From Paludibacteraceae bacterium (GTDB lineage: Bacteria > Bacteroidota > Bacteroidia > Bacteroidales > Paludibacteraceae): a DNA stretch of 64,000 bases. A program made the translations under genes and the position numbers. The number at the start of each line of letters is the position of its first letter. The stretch's first letter is position 1. Location: contig JAZLHD010000179.1 of assembly GCA_045616645.1 (NCBI GenBank), positions 5,633 through 69,632 of the forward strand, read 5' to 3'. Below are positions 12,455 to 18,934 of this stretch, piece by piece. Below the pieces are notes generated by a model, which did not search any database, was not told the origin of the DNA, and saw only the letters and a program-made list of their open reading frames with translations.

Positions 12455-13933
12455 ATGCACAACATCCAAGCTGAGGCTTTTGACTGCCTTTTATGTTTCT
12501 CTGCACCGTGTAATAGTGCTTGTCCGAAGGGTTTGCATCCTGCGCGTGGCGTTCGTGCCATCCGTTTTGGTAATGCCGATTTAGCCGGACATTGGCTCAC
12601 CGATGCGTGTGCCGATTGCGATGCTCCTTGCGAGAAAGCGTGTATCCACCCCGACCAACCTATCCGTATACGAGAGATGGCAAAACAGGTGAATACGAAT
12701 ACTCTAAACTCTAAACTCTCCACTCTAAACTCAATAGATTTATCTATTGATTTCTGCGGTATCCATTGTGAGAACCCGTTCTTTCTCGCTTCGTCGGCTA
12801 TCGCCACGAACTACGAGATGATAGCGCGTGCCTTTGAGATGGGGTGGGGTGGCGTGTATTACAAGACCATCACGGACATTAAGATAGAGGAAGTTAGTCC
12901 TCGCTTTGATGCTATCAAGGATTTGAATAGAAGTTTTACGGGGTTCCGAAACATGGAACAACTCAGCGAGCAATCGCCTGAGGAGAACTTCGATATCATC
13001 AAACGACTCAAGCAAAACTATCCAACGAAGATTGTCGTGGCTTCCATTATGGGACAGACCGATGATTCGTGGGAGACGTTAGCCAAACAGGCTGAGGAGG
13101 CCGGAGCGGATATGCTCGAACTGAACTTCTCTTGCCCGCAGATGAAGACGCGTGGTTTAGGCTCCGACATAGGACAGAATCCCGAATTGGTGGCTTTCTA
13201 TACCACGTTTGTTAAACGGGCGGTATCGATTCCTGTCATTGCAAAGATGACTCCGAATATCACTTCGATGGTTCCCGTTGCCATGGCAGCTACCTTTGCC
13301 GGAGCAGATGCGATCTCAGCTATTAACACCATTAAGTCCGTCACGATGTCTCAAGCCAGTATGGTAAGTGGCAAACGAACGGTGAGTGGATATTCCGGCA
13401 ATGCGGTCAAACCGATTGCACTCAAACATATTCTGGATATGAGCAAGAACCCGATGCTGCAAATCTCGGGCAAACAACTGCAATTGAGTGGTATAGGCGG
13501 CATTGAGACCTGGCATGATGCGTTGGAGTTTATTCAACTCGGCTGCCAAAATGTGCAAGTCTGCACGGCGGTTATGCAATATGGCTATCGCTTGATAGAG
13601 GACCTCAAATTGGGCTTACAAAACTATATGGCGACTAACCATGTCAAATGCTTGCAAGACCTCGTAGGTTCGGAGTTGCACACGTTTGTGGCTCCCTCTC
13701 GTTTGGATCGTAAGACGCTGGTTTATCCTAAGTTCTTGCGTGACAAATGTGTCGGCTGCGGCCGCTGCTATGTCGCTTGCCAAGATGCCGGTCACCAAGC
13801 TATCGAGTTTGATTGGCAGACGCGTCAACCCAAACTCAATGGACATAAATGTGTAGGCTGTCACCTCTGTCGCTTCGTCTGTCAACAAGAGGCGATAGGT
13901 GATACCAATCGTATTCCCAAACCACAAAAATAA
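12455..13933 (+). CDS. dihydropyrimidine dehydrogenase PreA-like flavoprotein. It fuses a DPD-type N-terminal Fe-S segment with a C-terminal 2x[4Fe-4S] domain.
   Basis: N-terminal CLLCFSAPCNSACPKG resembles the DPD N-terminal cluster motif. DHODH/PreA-like core (FCGIHCENPFFLASS, LELNFSCPQM, SGIGGIETW). C-terminal CVGCGRCYVACQ and CVGCHLCRFVCQ. The start is moved to the ATG at 12455, because the track start overlaps the upstream gene. Confidence 0.8.
   Translation: MHNIQAEAFDCLLCFSAPCNSACPKGLHPARGVRAIRFGNADLAGHWLTDACADCDAPCEKACIHPDQPIRIREMAKQVNTNTLNSKLSTLNSIDLSIDFCGIHCENPFFLASSAIATNYEMIARAFEMGWGGVYYKTITDIKIEEVSPRFDAIKDLNRSFTGFRNMEQLSEQSPEENFDIIKRLKQNYPTKIVVASIMGQTDDSWETLAKQAEEAGADMLELNFSCPQMKTRGLGSDIGQNPELVAFYTTFVKRAVSIPVIAKMTPNITSMVPVAMAATFAGADAISAINTIKSVTMSQASMVSGKRTVSGYSGNAVKPIALKHILDMSKNPMLQISGKQLQLSGIGGIETWHDALEFIQLGCQNVQVCTAVMQYGYRLIEDLKLGLQNYMATNHVKCLQDLVGSELHTFVAPSRLDRKTLVYPKFLRDKCVGCGRCYVACQDAGHQAIEFDWQTRQPKLNGHKCVGCHLCRFVCQQEAIGDTNRIPKPQK
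12702..12736. repeat. heptamer cassette CTCTAAA x5 (ctctaaa ctctaaa ctctcca ctctaaa ctcaata), in frame in the PreA-like gene
   Basis: Read directly. It encodes [12 protein letters not shown] in the linker between the Fe-S segment and the flavin domain. Confidence 0.9.
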
Positions 13934-13934
13934 G

Positions 13935-15329
13935 ATGCTGAAACGCTGTGTTTTTTATCTAATACTCCTTCTCGGGGTCGGGTTTGTGTCCGCCCAAACG
14001 AAGGTGACGATGGAACAACTCCAACACGATTGGAGTAAGTACCAAGGACAAAGAGTAACGATTACTACACCTCTTATCGTGTGTGGGAAGTTCTACGATT
14101 CGATTATCGTATCTTCCGAACGCTTATACGTTCCGGAAGAACGTGCTGTCGGATTAGGCGATGGCGATTCAACCCAATATTGGTATTGGCGCCACTACAA
14201 CGACTCGCTGCGAATCAAACTACAATGCAAGTCGTCTTTTAGCCTCAACCTCGGGGCAACTATCACGAACCTCACCGCACAGGTGATGGCTCCCCGCACC
14301 CTACAAACCGGTGCCGAACCTAAGTTTAGAAACTACAAACCTTCTAAACTCGCTAAACCAGCTAAACCCGCTAAACAGCCCGCAGGGCGTGCTCTCACTA
14401 TCTGTGCGGCGAACATACAAAACTATTTCGTACATGTGGGCGGTTATGCGACCAAACGGAACACGCCGGCTCAACACCAGTGGCAATGTGAGAAGACCGC
14501 GGCTGCTTTGAAGCGTATTGGGGCGGACATCTATGCTTTATGCGAGTTAGAACAAGGTTCCTCGGCTCCGACGGAACTGACGGCGCGAATGAACGAACTC
14601 TGCCACAAAGACCGCTATACGTTTGTCGTAACCGATACCCTCGATCGCGACACGATCTCGGTAGGCTACATATATAATAAGGAACGCGTGCGCCCGCAAG
14701 GGGACCTGATTTTTGTCTATCCCAACCGAAACAACATCTATGCCCATCGGTTTATGATTCAGGCGTTTGAAGATATCTCGACAGGCAAATCGTTCTATAT
14801 ATCCCTCAATCACCCTCGTTCCAAACGGGGTGATCCTGCCATGGCAAATGCTAAACGTGTAGGTAGTATCAAGCGTGTATTAGCGGCTTTAGACTCGCTC
14901 AAACACAATTCACCCTGCCCTACGGGGGAAGGGATGGAGAAGGGGCTTCCTATTCTCCTATTGGGCGACTACAATGCCTACGGACAAGAAGAATCGCTAC
15001 AAATGCTCGTCAAAGCAGGCTATAAAGATATGGTCATGACGATGGATAGCCTTAACTATTCGTATTCCTACAATGGTGAGTGTGGGTACTTGGATCGCGT
15101 CTTTGCCAATGAATCGATGCAACCGTATATCACCTCTATCCATCCCATCCACTGGAACACGGACTACTACTATTCAGCAGCTTATTGGAGCAAATATAAC
15201 TATAAGAACAACACTCCTCCCAAAGAGAAACAAGCGAATATCTGGAAGTGCGTCTCACCCCAAGCAAAAAAGAATCTCCTTTTCCGCTACTCTGACCACG
15301 ACCCCTTACTTATAACGCTCCACTTCTAA
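13935..15329 (+). CDS. secreted endonuclease/exonuclease/phosphatase family protein, paralog of 3348..4922
   Basis: Signal peptide MLKRCVFYLILLLGVGFVSAQ. EEP motifs (IGADIYALCELEQ, RYSDHDPLLITLHF). The start is moved to the ATG at 13935. Confidence 0.8.
   Translation: MLKRCVFYLILLLGVGFVSAQTKVTMEQLQHDWSKYQGQRVTITTPLIVCGKFYDSIIVSSERLYVPEERAVGLGDGDSTQYWYWRHYNDSLRIKLQCKSSFSLNLGATITNLTAQVMAPRTLQTGAEPKFRNYKPSKLAKPAKPAKQPAGRALTICAANIQNYFVHVGGYATKRNTPAQHQWQCEKTAAALKRIGADIYALCELEQGSSAPTELTARMNELCHKDRYTFVVTDTLDRDTISVGYIYNKERVRPQGDLIFVYPNRNNIYAHRFMIQAFEDISTGKSFYISLNHPRSKRGDPAMANAKRVGSIKRVLAALDSLKHNSPCPTGEGMEKGLPILLLGDYNAYGQEESLQMLVKAGYKDMVMTMDSLNYSYSYNGECGYLDRVFANESMQPYITSIHPIHWNTDYYYSAAYWSKYNYKNNTPPKEKQANIWKCVSPQAKKNLLFRYSDHDPLLITLHF
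14344..14379. repeat. nonamer tandem repeat CTAAACNNG x4, in frame (KLAKPAKPAKQ)
   Basis: ctaaactcg ctaaaccag ctaaacccg ctaaacagc. Confidence 0.85.
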
Positions 15330-16126
15330 TGAAATACGCGGCTACAATCGGTTTCTTCGATGGTGTTCATTTAGGGCACCAATACCTCCTCTCCTGTTTG
15401 AAAGAGGAGGCGGCGAAGCGTGGGTTGCAGTCAGCGATTGTGACCTTTGATGAACACCCTCAACAAGTCTTGCGGGGTGAAGCACCGTTGTTACTTACGA
15501 CTTTTAATGAGCGTATCACGCGATTGAGGTTTACCGGAGTAGATAAGGTAATCAGTTTTGATTTTGATCGCATTCACACCCTGTCAGCGGACGAGTTTGC
15601 ACAACTCCTTCACGATTCCTATGACGTCGATGTCCTCATTATGGGCTATGACCACCGCTTTGGTTGTACCAATCACAAATCACAAATCACCAATCACCAA
15701 TTAGAAATCATCCGTCTTCCCGAACTTCCTTCCAACCAACATGTGTCTTCTACTCAGATACGGCAAGCTCTTTTGAAAGGGGAGATAGTCAAGGCTAACG
15801 AGATGTTAGGTTACGCATATACTTTGATGGGAAAAGTGGTTCATGGCAAAGGGTTGGGACGGACGATTGGTTTTCCGACGGCAAACATTGAGGTAGAAAA
15901 AGATAAACTTATTCCTGCTCCAGGCGTTTATAGCGCCGAATGGAATGATAAAAAAGTCCTCCTCAATATCAACGACACCATCGAGATGTATGTTCCTCAT
16001 TTTGAGGGCGATTTATATGACCAAACCCTCTTTGTCGAACTCATCGCTCGTGTACGAGGGGAAAAACACTTTGATAATTTAGAAGATTTAAAAATACAAA
16101 TACAAAAAGATCTTTTATCATTATGA
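15329..16126 (+). CDS. ribF: bifunctional riboflavin kinase / FMN adenylyltransferase
   Basis: GFFDGVHLGHQ at the N-terminus and the kinase motif GKGLGRTIGFPTANI. At 265 aa it is shorter than I recall typical RibF (~310 aa). Confidence 0.9.
   Translation: MKYAATIGFFDGVHLGHQYLLSCLKEEAAKRGLQSAIVTFDEHPQQVLRGEAPLLLTTFNERITRLRFTGVDKVISFDFDRIHTLSADEFAQLLHDSYDVDVLIMGYDHRFGCTNHKSQITNHQLEIIRLPELPSNQHVSSTQIRQALLKGEIVKANEMLGYAYTLMGKVVHGKGLGRTIGFPTANIEVEKDKLIPAPGVYSAEWNDKKVLLNINDTIEMYVPHFEGDLYDQTLFVELIARVRGEKHFDNLEDLKIQIQKDLLSL
15670..15697. repeat. heptamer cassette (C/A)AATCAC x4 inside ribF
   Basis: caatcac aaatcac aaatcac caatcac encodes TNHKSQITNHQ directly after GYDHRFG. Confidence 0.9.
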
Positions 16127-18849
16127 AATCACCAATCACCAATCACAAATCACAAATCACCAATCACAAATCACAATTCACAATTCTTCTCTTATCCTTT
16201 GTCCTTTGTCCTTTGTCCCTTTTTGCTGCTGTTCGTACTGTAGACGAGGCGGCTGCTCTCGCATCGACGTTTAGGAACGAGACCGTAGTCGGACCTCATA
16301 AAGCACCCACATCGGCGGCTTCGATGCAACTCATTCACCAACGCACGAAACTCCAAAGCGAAGAGCCGGCTTTCTATATCTTTAACACTGCCAACGAGAG
16401 TGGGTATGTTATCGTCAGTGCCGATGACCGCACGGAGGAGATCTTAGGTTATTCCGAGCAAGGTTCCTTGGATTATGCAAATCTCAACCCAAATATGGCG
16501 TTTTGGTTGCGTCTCTTACAAGAGGCTATCTCGGCAACCAACGATACGAACACCTCTGCCAAAGCACCGATGGCAACGACGGCTATCGGTCCACTACTTG
16601 TTAATAAAGAGGGTAAGGAGATAACGTGGTATCAAGAGGCTCCCTATTCTAATCTGTGCCCATTAGATTCGGATAACAAACGCTGTTTGACGGGTTGCGT
16701 GGCTACGGCAGCAGCACAAGTGATGTACAAATGGTGTTACCCCAAACAGGGTATTGGTACCCATTCCTATGAATGGACGAACTCGGCAGGAAAGGAGAAA
16801 ACACTGACGGTTGATTACGGAAACACCACCTACGATTGGGGAAATATGCTCCCTTCCTATTTGTATAAATCCTCTACTTCCAAGCAAAAAACCGCCGTGG
16901 CAACACTCATGTACCATGCCGGTGTGGCTTGTAATATGCAATATTCGTCACAAGGTAGTGGCTCTTTAACGGATCTCATGGCGAACGGATTGGTAGATTA
17001 TTTTGGTTATCAGGTGGATAAGTTTATCACTACCTATTCGTCACGGTATTATCCTTCTGATTTTAAACCGACAGAGTATAAGGTTTCTATTACTAAGTTC
17101 ACCGAGTATTTCAATGCCGACTTAGAGAATGGTTATCCTATCATCATGGGCGGTGAGGATAGCGATGGCGGGCACGAGTTTGTGTGCGATGGACGAGATG
17201 CGCAAGGGAAATTTCATATTAACTGGGGTTGGGAAGGCGATAGCAATGGCTTCTTCTCCTTATCGGCATTAAAGGTAGATGGTTATAACTTTTCCTCGAA
17301 CATCGACGCGATCATCGGTCTGCGCCCGGCTAGCATGGATACGATTCACGTCACTTCCGTTTCGGTCAGTCCTGCTTCTACCACACTGAAAATCAATGAG
17401 CGCAAGCAACTGACGGTAACGATTCAGCCTACGAACGCAACCGACAAAAAAGTATCCTATACTTCTTCCAACCTCGAAGTAGCACAAGTCTCTGAACTCG
17501 GTGTCGTTCGTGCGGTGGGTGCAGGTAAGGCGAAAATAACGGTTACAACCAGTGATGGAGGGTTAACTGCGGTAAGCAATATCACCGTTACCAATGAGTA
17601 TGTCCCTTCGGATATTTTTGAGTTAGTGACTGATGCCTCGTCCCTTCAAGAGGGCGATGACATCATCATGGCAGCCACTTATAGCAATGTCCATTATTGC
17701 TTAACCAACTCCATGCATGCTACAACCAACACCAACTATGCCGACTGCGAACAAGTGCAGATTGTGGATAATACCATCACGATAGAAGACAATTCGAATA
17801 TCGCAATCTACAAGTTGGGTATTCAAGATGGAGCTTGGACGCTAATCAATGCAGATGGAAAGAAATTAGGTGCCTTGGGTGCCAAGAAACTGAGCTTTGA
17901 TTTGGGTTCGGTAACGTGGACACTGGACACCAAAAACAATAACACCACCATTGCGAACACCAACACTTCCTATGGTCGTATCTTGTACAATAACAATAAT
18001 AACAATCCTCGTTTCAGTATCTATACTTCTAACACCTCTAACACGATGTTGTTACCGCAAGTTTATGCGCGTAAAAGAAATCAGCCGGTAGAGGTGGTTA
18101 AAGTGACGGGGATAGAGTTAGGTCAGACTTCCGCACAGATGCTCGTTGACGAAGAGATTTTCCTCTATTATGCTGTCAAACCGGTAGCGGCAACGAACCA
18201 AGCGGTGATGTGGACTTCGTCTAATACGAAGGTGGCTGTCGTGGATCCTTCTCACCATTCGCTGGAGGATGAAAAGACCGTTTCTATTAAAGCCATCGCT
18301 GAGGGAGAGGCTACGATTACGGCAAAGACCCTGGATGGAGGCTTTGTAGCTACTTGCGTGATTACCGTCACCGAACAACCTATTGTGCCGACGGATACTA
18401 CTTTTATTATGGCTTCGGAGGCGAAAACGATTGCTATGCAGTTACCTGCAGGCGATCAAACGACAGACTTCTATGGAGTCAAGGGATATGTCACGGTCAA
18501 AAACTCTGTCGAATATCAGGGCTTTTGGTTGGACGATGAGCCGACTGCTAAAGAGACTTTCCAAGGCTTCCAATGCGCTATGCCGGATGACCACCTCTAC
18601 TTACAAATAGGAGAGTACGTGTGCGTCTATGGGTATCTCATGAACTATAACAACGAGAAGGCGCAGATTAAGAATGGTACGGTTGAGGTCTTAGATATAC
18701 CCGTTCCGCAAGGTTTATTGGATCCCTCTGCCTATCCGCCTTTCAGCCCATCTGCCTCTCAGCCGATCATGAAAGTTTTGGAGCATGGTCAGATGCTCTT
18801 CCTCCGTGCTGCAAAGAAGTACAACGTCTTAGGTTGCCCGATAAAGTAA
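16123..18849 (+). CDS. secreted C10-family (streptopain-like) cysteine peptidase with Big_2 Ig-like domains
   Basis: Catalytic-Cys context CLTGCVATAAAQVMYKW and His context GGHEFVCDG. Two Big_2-like segments (VTSVSVSP...ITVTN; VTGIELG...ITVTE). ATGA overlap with ribF. Confidence 0.85.
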   Translation: MKSPITNHKSQITNHKSQFTILLLSFVLCPLSLFAAVRTVDEAAALASTFRNETVVGPHKAPTSAASMQLIHQRTKLQSEEPAFYIFNTANESGYVIVSADDRTEEILGYSEQGSLDYANLNPNMAFWLRLLQEAISATNDTNTSAKAPMATTAIGPLLVNKEGKEITWYQEAPYSNLCPLDSDNKRCLTGCVATAAAQVMYKWCYPKQGIGTHSYEWTNSAGKEKTLTVDYGNTTYDWGNMLPSYLYKSSTSKQKTAVATLMYHAGVACNMQYSSQGSGSLTDLMANGLVDYFGYQVDKFITTYSSRYYPSDFKPTEYKVSITKFTEYFNADLENGYPIIMGGEDSDGGHEFVCDGRDAQGKFHINWGWEGDSNGFFSLSALKVDGYNFSSNIDAIIGLRPASMDTIHVTSVSVSPASTTLKINERKQLTVTIQPTNATDKKVSYTSSNLEVAQVSELGVVRAVGAGKAKITVTTSDGGLTAVSNITVTNEYVPSDIFELVTDASSLQEGDDIIMAATYSNVHYCLTNSMHATTNTNYADCEQVQIVDNTITIEDNSNIAIYKLGIQDGAWTLINADGKKLGALGAKKLSFDLGSVTWTLDTKNNNTTIANTNTSYGRILYNNNNNNPRFSIYTSNTSNTMLLPQVYARKRNQPVEVVKVTGIELGQTSAQMLVDEEIFLYYAVKPVAATNQAVMWTSSNTKVAVVDPSHHSLEDEKTVSIKAIAEGEATITAKTLDGGFVATCVITVTEQPIVPTDTTFIMASEAKTIAMQLPAGDQTTDFYGVKGYVTVKNSVEYQGFWLDDEPTAKETFQGFQCAMPDDHLYLQIGEYVCVYGYLMNYNNEKAQIKNGTVEVLDIPVPQGLLDPSAYPPFSPSASQPIMKVLEHGQMLFLRAAKKYNVLGCPIK
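16126..16181. repeat. heptamer tract (C/A)AATCAC x8 between the ATG and the hydrophobic core of the C10 peptidase signal peptide
   Basis: Eight consecutive 7-nt units are counted from 16126. A second heptamer CCTTTGT x3 at 16196-16216 encodes part of the hydrophobic core. Confidence 0.9.
18725..18764. repeat. octamer cassette (NNNNNGCC x5, reverse orientation of GGCTGAGA) in the C-terminal linker of the C10 peptidase
   Basis: cctctgcc tatccgcc tttcagcc catctgcc tctcagcc encodes PSAYPPFSPSASQP. Confidence 0.85.
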
Positions 18850-18898
18850 GGTTTGGGTAAGTTTTGGTAAATCCTTGTCAATCCCCCGCTTAGGCTAT

Positions 18899-18931
18899 GG
18901 TGCTATGTGGGTGCTATGTTAGTGGTATGTT
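18899..18931. repeat. 11-mer tandem repeat GGTGCTATGTN x3 in the convergent intergenic region
   Basis: ggtgctatgtg ggtgctatgtt agtggtatgtt. An adjacent 10-mer pair gtttgggtaa gttttggtaa lies at 18852-18871. Confidence 0.8.
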
Positions 18932-18934
18932 ACT

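Noticed and set aside
16126-16216. The tandem repeat arrays (here and at 842-887, 19725-19847, 28418-28445 and elsewhere) considered as CRISPR arrays
   Set aside because: Units are 7-11 nt and directly adjacent, with no unique spacers. There are no cas genes in the window. Many arrays are translated in frame.
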